From Lama glama (lineage: Eukaryota): DNA of 64,000 bases. Below the pieces are notes generated by a model that saw only the letters and a program-made list of their open reading frames with translations, was not told the DNA's origin and did no database searches. The position numbers were made by a program, and so were the translations under genes. Each line of letters opens with the position of its first letter. Position 1 is the first letter of the stretch. Shown one piece after another: positions 33,871 to 47,079 of the stretch. Location of the stretch: the NCBI GenBank assembly GCA_028534125.1, contig CM052831.1, positions 682,001 through 746,000 on the forward strand, in the 5' to 3' direction.

Positions 33871-36800
33871 TGAATACCCGGTTTCCCCTAGGGAAGTAAA
33901 TAAATTACTCAGTCAGGCATTGACAGTGGAGTTGTGGAAGTTTTGCACAGAAGAAGGTTCACAACGTACCGCTCAGTCAAACGCAAGCCTCAAAACACCA
34001 CCTGGGGCCGGGTCTGACCTGTGAGGAAGGGTGTGCCTGCCGGTGTGTTGTGGGTCTGAGTGTGCCGGCCACGCTCGGGGAAGAGCTTTCTCCCCCCGAA
34101 CCCCAGCCCCGCCCCCACCGCCCTCCCCCTCCCTCGCCCACCCCTGGTGGGGGCAGTCTCATCCGCAAGTACGAAAAAATCCAGCTGGTCTGAATCAAAA
34201 CCCACTCTCACTTCCAGCATCAAGCTGTTCCCTCCCCACCCCCTCGGGCACAGGCCTCGGCCCCGGGACTGGCGCGGGGCGGGGGGCACACAGTCCGCTC
34301 TCAGCCCCTGCCCAGGGATTCGCCCACAGGCCCCATCCGTGGTGGGGACACGTCTGCCTGGCAGGCAGTCTTCTGGGTGGGCCCCTCTGAGGAGGCTCAC
34401 GACCGGATCTGCCCGCTGTGTCCCCCGCCGTGGAGACATCAGACGTCCTGGCCCTGACAAGCTGTGCCTGAAGGCTGCTTTCCGGTTCTCTGCCCGCCCC
34501 TCTTGGGAGCGCCACCCAGGAGCCATCTGACACGTCAACCCCAGAGCAGCACAGGTTCCCACGGCCGGGCAGGCAGCACCGCGGAGGAAGACCCTGGTCT
34601 CCCATTTTCACAGTGACTCCTGGGCCCCTCACACTGGCCCTTGGGAGCGGAGATGCCAGGCCCTCTGTGTCTAGGCACTTACTGCAAATCGCCTTTTGCT
34701 CGGCTAACCCATCGGCCTCGTCACAAGCTGGAGGCAAGCTGGAGGCGACCCGTTTGGCTGTTGTTAAATCCCACGTGGACGTGATGTACACAGGTTCTCG
34801 GAGACAGCAGAGTGTCAGCACAGCACCGAATCAGATCATCAAGGCCACACCCACAGTGACTTGTGAGAAGCAGGGTTTATTTGATCCCACACGCTGGTCT
34901 CTCGTCTGCCACAATGGCAATGCCTGCCCCTCTGACAGCCAAGTTCCCTCCCCTCTGCCTGCGAGGACTCGGCAGTCGGAGGGCACCCGGGGCAGAGGCA
35001 ACGTCCGGTCGCTCCCTTCCACACCTCCCGTCTCGTCCCTAGCCCGCTCTCTGGTCGGGAAGGGCAGGTGGAAAGTGGCCCGTCCTGTGTCCTCGGTGAA
35101 GACTCCACGTGTCACAGGAAAGGTCTGGTGCGTGTGATCCCCAGACTCCAGACTTGGTCTGTAAAGCCCTGCTCCTCCAGGCCTCAGGTGGGTCAGGCCT
35201 GCGCTGGCCCCCTCCTCCGCCCGTGCCACATCCCGCTGCGAGGGAAAGGCGTCCTCTCCGGGCCCCCCGCGTCCTTCTGTGGCCTCTGCAAGCTCGGCTC
35301 ACATCTTGTGTTTCTCGGGAACTGTGCTCAGCTGCTTCCCAGAGCTGCCCCCGAACAGCGGCCTGAATAAGTCACCAAGTTGCTTTGTACTCACCTAACG
35401 GAAGCCCAGGGACAGGAGTCCGGGGCTGGCCTGGCGCCTCTGTGAGGTCCCACCTCCTCCTGCGGTGACCCCCGTTCTCACCCACTCAGGACGTTGCCTG
35501 ACCCTGTTTGGCTCCAAGCAGGACAGGAGAACAGGGCCAGGCTGGTGGGACCGACCTCCTTCCTCTCCCCTTGTGTTCTGTTGTGTTGTGTGGGCTGCCC
35601 ACGTGACACCCAGATAGTGGGAGAAGGACACGGATGCCAAGGGACCAGGTGTCGTGGCCACAGAGAACCACGTGCCTGGCCCGAGGAGGTCCTCTCGGCA
35701 CCCAGGGACTGAGCCGGCCTCGAGGTGTCTTCGCATCCCACTTTGACACCCGGGCACACACCTCCTGCGCTAACCCCGCGCCCCGTGAAGGGGCTGCTCC
35801 CGCGGTGGGTGAGGGACCAGGGCTCCTAAGCGCACCCAGGGAGGCGTGGGGTGTCTCTGGGGCCGTGTTTCCATGCGCTGCCCCCTTTTATGTTCTCTCT
35901 CGGGCGCTCAGTGGGAACCCAGGCTCGCGCCTCATCACAGTGTTCTCTTCACCTCAGTTGCTGACAGCGGTAGGGGAGACCGCCCACCACTTTGTGTACA
36001 GTAGAAGGAAGAGCGAGAGAAGTGTGAAAGGAAAGGGACCGTCGCGACGTTACAGCAGGACTGTGGGAGGAAGAGCTAAGCCCTCTGCACAGGGGATGCT
36101 GTCCCTGCCGGGCCCTCTGCGGGGGGCCGTGCGGTCCCGGCCCTTCCTCTCGCCTCCCCGAGCGCGGACCTCCCCAGAGGGAGGAGGCTGTCTCCAGGGA
36201 CTTTCTCCACTGCCCCCTTTTTCATTAAAAAAAAAAAAATCAAGCCTTAGTGTGGTTTCTCGGCCCACGCCTTGCATTTCCTCAGGGTGAAAACAGTCTC
36301 AGGATAAAGCTGTTTCCCTGAGTAGATGAGCTCAGTAAAGGGTTAAAAGGGTCCTGAGTGCTTCGGCAAACTCCAGCACCCTGTGCGTGTGTGTGTGGTG
36401 AGAACCCTTAACGCGAGGTCTAACCTCTTGAATTTCAAGCCCGTGGTGCAGCCTTGTCGCCTCCTGGCCGAGCCTGGGCAGCAGAGCTCGGGAGCCGGGG
36501 CGTTCGTGCTGTGTCCCCTGTATTTTCTCATAATGACCACGCGCTCCTTGTGTGCTTGGAACTGGTTTGTAAGGATTCCGTTAAGAAACGTGTGTGTTCT
36601 AAGCTGAGGTGGGGGCGCTGCCGACCACCCCCCTTGGAAGAGCTAGACCTGGTGGAGACACCGCCGGCCCGACAGCCCTGCTGGGGCAGAAAGGAAGCCA
36701 GAAGACGTGGATGACAAAGGACGTGCGCCCAGACCAAACAAGGAAAGGACAGTGCCCGCGGCACCTCAGTGAGGTCTCCCCGGGCCTAGGCAGCCAAGAA

Positions 36801-37254
36801 CTGGCCCGTCCTCTCACAGTTTGTGGGGAGCAAACCCTAAGCTGTCGGAACTTCAGAGCCGTCGCTGAAGGTCATTTTCCCTCTTCTGTGAGTTTACCGT
36901 CTCCTGCCGCAGCTCCCGGGCGCTCCAGCTTTCTGCCTTTTCTTGAGTCAGTTTTGATCACTCATTTTTTTAAAGAAATCTTCCAGTCATCAGGGTTTCA
37001 AATCTATCAGCATAGAGTTCAGCACAGGATGCGTTTATGACGCATGAATGTTCTCTGTCTGTTTCATTTTCTGTCCTGTTAATGGGCGGCCGTCAGCACA
37101 CCAGGGACCTGCGATCGCTGGGCTCCTGGGGGTCTCCCACCCCGTGAGAGCTTCCTTGACCCTCACGTCAGCCATCACCACGCAGTATTTTTCTTTAAAC
37201 CAGCTTGCTTTCTTTTTAACTTGAAACACTTATTTTTAAATGTATGTTCCGCTT

Positions 37255-37790
37255 CTACCCCAAATGGATGCACTGCAACGCAATCCTGACCCTGACGACC
37301 CTGAGTCAGTGTCAGACCCCCCAGGTTAAGGGAGGAGCCTCCAACAGGATGGCCCCATCCCACACCATGGGCACTTCTGCTCGACCGCCTGCAGTCAGGG
37401 GCTCCCGAGACCCTCGGGGCCAATAGAGCAACTCCCTGACTCATCAGGAGCTGTCCTGAGGGTCACAGGTTTATCACAAAGGGGGCAGACGGGAACAGAC
37501 AAATGAAGGGACGCACAACGCTCCTGTGGAACCGGGGCGCCGCCCTCCCCACCCACCACCACGTTTGCCTGCCAGGAAGGCCCGCCGCGCCTCATCTCCA
37601 GAGTTTTTATCAGGGTCTCGTTAGGTGGGCACGGTTGATTAAATCACCGGCCACGGGTTTGAGCGGGCCTGTCCCCTCTCCTCCCAGAGGCTGGACTGCT
37701 CAGAGCTCCAGTCCCCGAATCACCCGGCAATTTCTAGGTCCACCCGGAACCACCTCAGTAGCACAGCAAAGACCCTCCTGTCACTCAGAC
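37255..37790 (-). mobile_element. MER21-like LTR
   Basis: 'gtttttatcagggtctcgttaggtgggcacggttgattaaatcaccggcca' and 'gagtcagtgtcagacccc...ggttaagg' match the reverse complement of the MER21 consensus. Confidence 0.7.
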
Positions 37791-38499
37791 GTCTTTGAAG
37801 CTCTGTGCCGGGCACTGGGGTAAAGCCCTTGTGTGCTTGTACCGCTGCTCCACGTCTCCTGAGCAGCTCGCTTACTTCCCGTCAGCAAGTGCAGCGGGCG
37901 CCCACTGCCCGCCAGGTCATTCTCGGCCTGGGAATCCTGCTTCCGTGGGCCCCTGTTTAATGCCGGGGAGACAGTGACAACGAGACATACGGGGGAAAAC
38001 GCGGAGCGTGCTCAGTGTCACACACGCAGTAGGCAGGCGGATCCTGGGAGGGAGACACTGGAATTTTAGGAAGATCATGAACTCTTGAGATGATGAAGTA
38101 GGGTGAAGAAAAGGAACACGGCTGCTTTGTGTAAATGCCTTTTTAATTAAATTTAAAACACAACTTAAAAGTTAAACCTCATAACAGTGAGTGGTGAGGC
38201 GGGACAGCAGTGAGAGGAGACCGCGTTCTGTGGTGGGGGTGGTGCAGTTCACAGGGAAGGAGCCTAAAGCCGTCAGAGAAGTCGCTGTCAGGTGTGTGGG
38301 GGCCTCACACCCACACCGTCATACTGAGTCAAAATGCCCTTGTTACTGAGATTCTTGCGGGAAAACCATGGCGTTGTGAGTCTGTACGTCTTCAGGCTCC
38401 GCCTCCTTTTCGCCTCCTGGGAGGCGGAGCTCCTCCCGAAACCAAGCTTCCCAGCTTGCGCAGTGATCTGCTGCTGCTGGTTTGTTTTCAGTCTTCTGT

Positions 38500-38835
38500 T
38501 TCGTTTCACTTTGGTTTGACCAGAGGCTTGGATTGTTTTCCTGGTACATTTAAATAACCAGGTCTTGCCCGATCAAATGTTGCTTATGAGAAATCTGCAT
38601 CAGACACAAAGGCAAAGGATGAAACCAGAAAGACACCGTAAGATGCTCGTCAACAGCTGGCGTGGCCAGACCGACGTAACATGGGCTTCAAGCAGAGTGG
38701 GGACATTGTTAGTAGGAAAAGGGACGTTCCGCACAAAAAGGAGTCAATTCTCCAAGAAGAAATTAACAGTCCTCCGTGTACAGGACCCAGCAACAGAGCT
38801 GTCGGAACACGGAGCGGAAACTGCAGGAAAGAAGG
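38500..38835 (+). mobile_element. L1 ORF2 endonuclease N-terminal fragment
   Basis: 'tgttgcttatgagaaa' (CCLQET-like); 'gagtcaattctccaagaagaaattaacagtcc...ggacccagcaacagagc' (GSIxQEDITILNxYAPNNRA-like). Confidence 0.7.
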
Positions 38836-41800
38836 AAGAGCGTGTGCCTGCTGCCGGCTGGGGAGCAGGGAGCTGGGTCTGGGGCTCGCGCCCCAGCTCC
38901 TCTGGTTCCCTCCTTTCATCCCACTCCTCGTGCTGCCGCTTCCGCCCTCCTGTTGTCTTCGCTGCTTCCGTTTCCATTTTTCTTACTTTCTGTTGAAAAT
39001 ATTTAGGGCTTTGAATGTTCCTCCGAGAATAGCTGTGGTTGTCTCCGTTGAAAGTGTCTTCCAATTTGTTACTTTTTAAGCAAACTTTAATTAGGTTAGT
39101 TTTGCTTTGGCCACAGATGTTTCTAAGAAGACTGCAGGAAAGGGAAAAACTTTTAAGGTGATGCTAGACTTAAAGAAGGCAAGCATGTGAAGAAGCTCCC
39201 AGGTTCCCGAAGGGAAGGCTCAGATATGCAAGTTCTTCTTGAATCACTGTGATGTTTAATTCACACTGGACAGAGCAGCTCCGGAGTTTGTGTGGAAGAG
39301 CATGTGGGGGAGAACTGAGCTGGTAAGTGGAGAAGTGCCCCCAAAACTGCCCTCACAGGCGCTGCGGCTGCACACACGACACGCATGGACATGGGACTGG
39401 GGGGCAAGGAACAGAGAAGAAGGAAGGCCAGGGCATCAGAGGAGAGGCTGGGACGTGGGCTGAGCGCTCCGGGAGGGGCAGGCGGACCCTCGGCTCGCAC
39501 CACAGTGCGTCGCAGACAGATGGAGGAGCCCAGCGTCAGGGAGCTATAGAAGAGGTGGGAGTGAGTAGAAATGACAATGTCCCTTATGCCACTGCAGAGA
39601 GAGATGCCTAAAAAAATTCTGTTGTTTTTATCAAAGTGATACATATTCTATGTAAAAGCTGTAACAGATGCGTAGTTAAATAAAACCTCACCGCAGTTAA
39701 AATAAAAGTTACCCGCAATTCCCTGACCCAAAGGCTTCCCTGCTAACACGCTCGTGTGAACCTTTCCGGACAGGACGAGTAAATGCTTGTGTGATGCTCC
39801 AATGCGCCCCCTGCTGCATTGCGTCCTGCACAGCGTAAGGGGGCCGCTCTGCTGCATTTTAACCCCTCCCTTACTTCCCGCCTGGTGGGTGGGCGGGAGC
39901 TGTGGGTAACCAGGCTCTTGGAGATGCCACTGCGTGGGAACCTTCCTCCCACCACCCTCGCCTCCCCAGCCCTGGCGGGCCCCGCCCTGCTCTGTCCTGG
40001 CAGACGATGGGATGGCAGTGGTTGGAGTAGTGGGGACGGCGGTACAGGGTCCCCCGGCCACTCTAAACCACAAACCGTGTGTCAACCCAGGACCCGAACA
40101 CCTGCGCGCTGGGAGCGGGTAGACCCAACAGGAACCAGGCTCTGTGCCCCCCATCCCTCTGCTCCCCCGCCATCCTGTCAACCTCGTCCAACCCCAGGCT
40201 GGGAGCGGAGAAGTCCTCTCCTTTCCTGGGATGTTCTGGAACTCGCCAGATGTTTCAGGCTAACCCTTCCTCTGACAGGTGTCCCCCTAGGGAGGCTGCG
40301 GCCCCAGGCGTCTGGGGGCCCAGCTTCCGGGTGCAGAGTCCCCTCAGGCCTCGGGGCAGCCAGGATGCGGTCCTTCGGGCCCTCCCAGGGGTCTGCTGGC
40401 AGCCCGTGGACACACTCCCTCACACCCCTTCCTGCACATTCTGGGAGGGGGCGACTCTCCAAGCCCGAACCCCTCAGCTCAGCGGCTCAGCCACCCCTCC
40501 CTTGTCCTGTGAGCTGGTCGCAGACGGCTGGCCCTGCCCAGTCCCTTCCGTAGACCCCAGGCCAGCGCCGCCCCGCCGCGCCCCGCCCCTTGGGCACGTG
40601 GGACCCAGCACAGATCTCCCACGGGGTCCCGTTCGGCGTAGCTTCAAAGCTGGTTATTGTTGCTCCTACGTCATCAGTACAAACGGGGGTCAAGGGCTGT
40701 GGAAATGGCTTGTACCACTCTACCCCTTTCCCTGCAAACTCAGACGTTAGTGAGCATCGAAACCACCTAGGGTCTCGTCCAGGTGCAGGGTCTGAGGTTC
40801 CGCAGCGTAGCCGCTCCTGGGCCACACTCAGCCGAGCACAGGGCCCATGGCTGGCTCTCCAGCCCGCCTGGGGAGGTTCGAGAAGTGCTGAGGTCCAGCC
40901 AGCCCAGAGCCTGACGTCGCCTGTCAGGGGTCGGTGGGCTGCTTCAGGGATTTTGTGAGCCGTCCCGTGACTGCCGGTGCGCCCCCGCCCGCCCCCCAGA
41001 GAGGACGGTCTCCCCCATCGTGGGCCTCAGAGACTTTCTCCTGCTTGGCTGCAGCCCCCACACCTGCTTCGTGTCCCGAGGCATTTAGGGTTTTGCTTTT
41101 GAGAAACAGAAAAGAACGGAGCTGAGCAGTCAACCAGGAGAAGAGGAAAAAAGGGAAGTGCAAACGGTCTGGTTTGAAATCTCAGGGGACTGAATTTCCC
41201 TGGAAAAGGCTAGACCGGAGTTCCTGCCTGGCGGGGGAGGGGCGCGGGGTGGAATTACGCAGAGACAGAGACAAATGCAAAATGCTGGCGTTACTCGTCT
41301 ACCTGAATGTGGGACTCAGAACATCACATCTGCTGGAATTACAACACTCGGATGGTGAAAACGTGTCACTCCCAACATGGAGTATCATGTAGGCATTAAA
41401 AATGTGCTTTCAAAGAACATGTGGTAATGTTGCGGGGGGGGGTGTAAAGTGAAATTGTACATTAAAGATCTTGTGAATAATGTGGCTCCGAGTTGTTTGT
41501 AATATGCTTGTGTGCGTTCATAGAAAAGGCTGCGAGGAAACAGTCCAGAGCATGAACAGCAATGACGGGCTTGTGAGCGATTTTCATTCTGTTCTTTCCA
41601 CTTTTTTGCATGTTCAGGAATTTTTCTTTTCTTTTTGCTTTTTCTTTTTTTTACCATGAACGTATATTAATTCTGTAATCAGAAAATAATAAACACTGAG
41701 AAACAAACAAGCAAAAGAGATGAAGGAAGCGCCAAGGTGGGGTATGTGCTCGGCGTCTGCGGGAGACCTTCCCACCAAGGCAGGCGGGAAGGAGGTGCGG

Positions 41801-42349
41801 GCGGGGTCCAGGAGGAGCCATGGCCGCCGCGACCACACTGGCCATCCCGCTGCTCGCTGGGAAAGCCAGGGGCGCCCAGCTTGCCGGGACCTTGCAGGGG
41901 AGGCGAGGTCGTGCACACCTGGAACGGTCCTTCTGTGGAGAGGAGCCTGGCACGTCTCTTAGTCTGGCAGTATCTTTCCCTGTTTGGGCTCAAGGTGTTC
42001 TGCTTCTCTTTTCTGCTGAAGCGTGAGTGTCATTGTCTGGCCCTGTCCGACCCCGTTGCTGTATCTGTTCCCGACACAGCACGAGATGGGTGCGAGCAGG
42101 CCATCGCCCTGCACGGCTGGGGCTGCGGGCGAGATCCGCTGGCCCCAAGGGACCGGCACCCCCTGCCATAGCTGGTCTTGCCCCGAGTCCTCTCCGAGTG
42201 AAGCATCGTTCCACCCAGTGCCTGTGAGTCGTGTCTTTGTGGTGACCGTGCCACCTGCACCATGCCGTTGACAGCTGAGGCTGCTGCTGCTGGTGGAGGG
42301 GCAGCTGGTGTCACTTGCTCGACAGGCTAATGGCTCTGTTAGTGCCTCC

Positions 42350-42520
42350 TCAGTGCCAAACGCAGTGCAGAGTGTCTAGTCATCTCATGTCCCGATGGGG
42401 CTGCACCCTTCTTGTCCCAATTTCACAGCTGAGGAGACAACTCCAGGGGTTGAGTCACCTGCCCACCGCCGCAGGTCCCCGAAGTGCAGTGCGAGTCCGA
42501 CTGATTTCAGGTCCACACAC
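42350..42520 (-). mobile_element. MIR
   Basis: 'tcccaatttcacagctgaggagacaactccaggggttgagtcacctgcccac'. Confidence 0.65.
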
Positions 42521-42790
42521 TGGAGAGAGTCTAGGCGGCCAGGCGGCCTCTCCTGTCCTCAAGAACAAGTGGAGGCCCCCGGGGTCAGTTGGTCAGACTC
42601 CCCCCATCCTGTCACATCGTCCAGGTTTGGGCTGATTATGTGTCGGGCAGCCGTGGGCCCAAGTGGAGCCGTATAAGACTTTGGGTAAATTAGTTCCCAG
42701 CTGACCGCCTTCCTCCTGTCCCTGATGCCAGGGGTTCATCGCCTGGATTTCAGACATTTTCCTCCCCGGGGGCCTAAATCCAGTAAAGTC

Positions 42791-43120
42791 TGAAGATAAA
42801 ATAATGAGGTCTCAGCTAGACAAGATCGATTTATTCAGGAACAGCAGAGGAACTGCAGGCAAGGAGTGAACGCTGGCCAACCACAGGCAGTCCGGGGGGT
42901 GCGGGGAAGGCAGGCTCGCGCCAGGCCTCGGGAGGAGGCTGGGGTCGGCTGTGGCAGCTCTTCACCGGCGGCAAGCAGCGGGCAGCTTGTTGCCGGGCCA
43001 GGAGGAGCCCTCTGTTCTTCCTGCTGCGTCTGTGAGCCGTGGTGACGGGTGTGGGTGTGGCAGCCTCTTCGTGGCTTCCCAGCGCCAGTTTGATTTAGGT
43101 TTTTTTGCTTTGTTTCCACA
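42791..43120 (-). mobile_element. 3' LTR of a class-I ERV
   Basis: On the minus strand: polypurine tract AAAAGGGGGAAA directly before TGTGGAAAC (43120), AATAAA at ~42830-42835, end ...TATCTTCA (42791). Confidence 0.8.
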
Positions 43121-46100
43121 TTTCCCCCTTTTGGTCGAGAGTGTTCCTTGAAATCATCACTGATGGAGTCGGGCTGTCCAGCGTTAGTGGAATTATGTTT
43201 TGTCCCTTGGTGCCAAAAAGGACCTTTCCTAGATGTCATGACCCCCATCAGAGGGGAAAGTGCATAGTGACCAGAAACCATGTGAGGCCACACTTGAGCA
43301 ACAAGGAAGGTAGAGGGGGACCCTCGGGCATTGTCACCCTTAGGACCACATCTTGTGAAGGTTGTAAGCGTTGATGGTCATCTCAGAGTGCGGAGCCGAC
43401 ATCGCTATCTCTGCAGGGCTTTGACAGGCAACAAGGACAAAGTTTTAAAATAGTTATGCAAAGCAGAATTAAAAGTGAAATGACAGATTCAGAGTGTACG
43501 ATGGCTCTAAACCATGGCCCCAGACCTGAAGGGAGCTCACTGAACACGTAGCAGTGTGCTTGTTCCCTGATCGAGTGTGGCTGAGTTTCTGCTCCTCCGG
43601 AGGTGCCCGTCCAGGCGCAGCAGGCGGTGTGTGCCTCCGCGTGCAGCTGTGCCATTGTCCAGAGCTGCTCCAGCCACGAGTCAGGTGACACCGTTGGGCT
43701 GCTGCTGTCCTGATGGTGGGGGGGCTTCTGATCAGACACTCGCGGGCACTTACTCCAGCTCACAGCGGGAGGCTCTCCCTATGGACGCAACTCAGAGTCA
43801 TGTGTTTAGGACACTTGTGAAGGTTTAGTGGGAAAGACCAATGGGAACTATGGGTACCAACAGGGACAGTCAAATACCCCAGTCAACGCTGGCCTCCCAG
43901 TGCCAGCTGTCCAAACGTTCGTGGGCCCACTGAGAGCTCCATTCACCACAAAGATAAACCAGGTGGTGCACATTTGATTATCAATAGTGCCGTTCACTGG
44001 GATCTGCCAACTTGCCTTCTGGAGCCAAGGGTCAGTGGTGTCTGCGGATTATTTAGGGAGAAACCATCCTGTTCTGTGGACTTTGTCCCCAAAGGCTGCA
44101 CAGAGAGAGCTTATTCTGTTACAGACAGCGTGCTTTCAGACATCATAGAGGGTCACAGCTGTCGTGGACAGATTGGGGTTTCTGGTGACAAATCCAATAA
44201 TCAAAAGGGTCCCCCTTTTGGCGGCAGATTGGTAAAAACAGATAAGAGTGTTGTCTTCCTAAGAAAGAAAGGGAGAAAATAAGGTGAGAAGTAACAGTGG
44301 GGGAAACGCGCAGCTCTGGTCCAGTCACCCTGGGAGAGCTGTCTCCTCCAGCTGCCATCTGCTTCGGTTCCTGGAAGTCTTTGCTTTTGGTTGTGAGGAA
44401 GCGCTCCAGCTGGCATGCAGGTCCAGTCAGGGCGTGGCGCCTCCTTTAGATGAGACACGTGGACCCAGAGCCTGCTCCTTGGAGTGTGGCGGCACCAGAG
44501 TGGTCAGCAGTGCCTGGAGCTGAAGGGTCTTTCTGAAGGTGTCTCTTCCAGTTGACAGGATCTGGGCTACAAGGTGTGATGCCCAAGGTCTTCATCTCCC
44601 GGGAGTGCAGGATGGAAAGATCGTCCCGCCGATGTGTGGCTCCTGTCAGTGGACACAGCCATGTCCTTGTGATATTGAAGCATATCTCCTTTTGTCAGCT
44701 GTGATCCAAAGAGGCAGGGGCTTGGGGTCGGGGGGGCACGGCTCGGTGGTGGAGAGCATGGTTGGTGTGCACGGGGCCCTGGGTTCAATGCCCGGTGCCT
44801 CTGTTAAGGGGGAAAAAGAGGCAGGGACCAGAGTTTGTGGGTTCCAATGCTTTTGGCCAGAGTTCTTGAAGAGCCTCTACAAAGTCTGCCCACTGAATTT
44901 CAGTGATGCTGTTGGTGCATTTGACTGGTCCTGAAGACTGGGGTGATACACGCAGTGAAAGTGTTGTAGACACAGATGTGGACCTGGCCGAGCGGCACAG
45001 GCTCGTTGTAGCACTTGGCCGGTAAAGGGGGCTCCCCGATCACTGTGATGTTCACTGGGAGGGGTTCCCCAGGGAGGAACAGTCCTTTCCAATGGGATCT
45101 TAGCCACGGGAGGGGCAGGGGCCTGTCTACATGGAAAAGCTTCGGCCCATTGAGGAAACATGCAAATCATTACCAAGACGTATTCATGCCATGAGGTGGG
45201 GCAGCTCAGCGAAACCCACTTGCCCAAACTTAAGCGTGATTTGTAGTGCCTGGGAGGGAGCAGTGTGGACTGGTTTCCCGGACTGTATTTTGGGAGCATG
45301 GCACCAGCCGAGGAGCCAGCGTCTCCCCGTGTAGTGCCATCAGCCTGTGAGTGTCTGCTGAGAATTCTTTCCCTGGGAAAGCAACGTGGAGGTCTGCACA
45401 GCAGGCAGCGCTTTGAACAGCATGTCCGCCTGCCCCTCGCTTTGCCCCCTCGTCTGGGCAGAAGGACGTGTTCAGCCCTGTGGGGAAGGGCACTGAGCAT
45501 CACTGATCCAGGGTCTTGGTCCGTGACTTGCCAACGTTGGCTGGAGACCCGGCTGCTGGAATCGTCTCCGTGCCCCGAGGCAAGGGCTGTTCCCTAGCAG
45601 TGGGGCTGAGCCCTGAGAGTGGCGCCAGGACCCACAGAGACGGGCAGGAATCCTCCCCAGTCTGAAGAGCTGTTTCTCGGAGCCGATGAAGAGGGGAGCT
45701 TGGAGTCCCGGCCCTGGGAGGCGGGAGGACACTGGGTGACTGCAGGTGCCTGCGGCGTCCTGGTTTGTAGCTGTCCTTCTCCCGGCGTCCTGGCTTCGTC
45801 CGGCAGTGACACAGGCTGGGCGGGCTCTGCTGAGGGGACTCCATCTGTCGAAGTTGGATATTAAGGGTTGTAACGGTCCTTTTCTTAGTAGAATCATCTG
45901 GAGTGTGGGCTAATGGGTTTGCCAGATTAAGTCTGGAGTGGACCTAGTTTCCCATTCTATTCTGGTTCTCTTAGCCAAGAGAGAAAGTCCTGGCTTGGCC
46001 CACTAAGGAACACAGAGCTGAAGGCTGCCCGAGTGGATCTGACATCCTTGAGAGACCACAGCTCTCCTTAGAAACAACTTGCAGTCAGCTGCACACAGGC

Positions 46101-47040
46101 TCCCTGGGCTTCTGAGTGCCACGCGAAGTCTTACTCCGACCGCCGGTTTGGGGAAAGTACTAGGGGCTGCCGGCTGAGGCCACCTGGGGGTTGCTGGCCC
46201 TGAACCCTGCAGCCAGGCGGGGTGGCCCCACCTGCAGCTGCAGAGACGGTTCAGGGCCTTTCCAGTCGGCTGTTTCCATCCGGTGTCAGCCTTGGCCTCC
46301 TTCACCAAGTGTGTGAACTGATGGCCTAACTCTGAGAAGCCCGGCTGGTCAGTCTGGGCGGCCGAGTGAAATTCCTCAGCAAACCTGTGAGCAGCGTCAG
46401 GAACTCTAGGAAACTCTTTGTGGCTCATTGTTTGATGTTATTCCCGGGGACGGGGGAAATCAGGGGCTTAGCATTAGGACCCTCAGAGGGTCTGATTTAA
46501 AGGGGCAAGTTCTGGCGAGTTCAGATGTGCAGTGGTTCAGGGAGGGGCTCAGGGAAATGGAGGGTTCAGCGGGAAAGCTGGGGTCGGGAAGTGGGGGTCA
46601 GAGGGGGCACAGTGGGGAGCAGGAGGCTGTTCGGTCAGGGGCGAGGGGGATGGGGGCTCTGGTGCCTTTTTCTCTCGTTCAGTTGTTGGTCTACCTCGGG
46701 CCGTCTAGAAGCAGCACTTCGTAAAGAGGCAATTTCGGAGTCCTTAATGTGCTCAGCAGCTACAAGGTACCAGTTGAAATAGGCATCTTATTCAGTTTGC
46801 TTGATTTTACAGCTGTGAGCGCCAAGTTTAGTTCTGAGAAAAACAAATTTGGGGAGATCAAAAGTTCCCCGCAATGGCCACCGACACTGGGGAGGGCTGC
46901 CAGTGGAGGGCAGCTTGTGGCTGGCCCGAAGGAACCTCTGTTCCTGCTGGTCTGTGAGCTGGGATGGGCACCCGCACGCGAGAGCCCTCCTCACCGGCCC
47001 CGAGACCCAGCGTGACTCAGGTTTCCTTTGTTCCTCTTCA
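43121..47040 (-). mobile_element. Decayed class-I (gamma-like, MER34/PRIMA-related) ERV internal region: gag-pro-(RT/RH missing)-IN-env
   Basis: MA 'WPLRGTFDLPK'; CA 'KEFPRV..HRFAEEF..QPGFSEL'; degenerate NC knuckle 'CHCRTKPGRREKDSYK'; degenerate protease 'GPGATLR' (DTGATLS); IN 'YVLVMICMF..WAEAFPCR..SDRGAPFTGQ..FHCVYHP'; env SU 'YWICHQKP'; TM 'ALDNG', 'HTACCAW' and a hydrophobic anchor. All frames are broken. Confidence 0.85.
44724..44814 (+). mobile_element. Vic-1-type SINE inserted in the ERV integrase region
   Basis: 'cggctcggtggtggagagcatg...ctgggttcaatgccc' with 12-bp TSD AAAGAGGCAGGG (44708-44719 / 44815-44826). Confidence 0.8.
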
Positions 47041-47079
47041 CAATCCAAACTGGCCCACTCTTCCGCTTTTTTGACTTTT

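Noticed and set aside
37636-37646. DUX-like TGATTAAATCA
   Set aside because: Part of the MER21 consensus itself, ~17 kb from the gene, with no further support.
39819-40750. 244-aa and 223-aa Pro/Gly-rich ORFs, checked as possible PRR23-family or second PRR20 copies
   Set aside because: No PRR20 motifs and no PRR23 C-terminal ARRRLF motif. Composition simply reflects GC content.
43383-44360. Possible domesticated env (syncytin/HEMO-like)
   Set aside because: Multiple frameshifts and stops, CXXC mutated to YWIC, degenerate furin site, truncated immunosuppressive domain.
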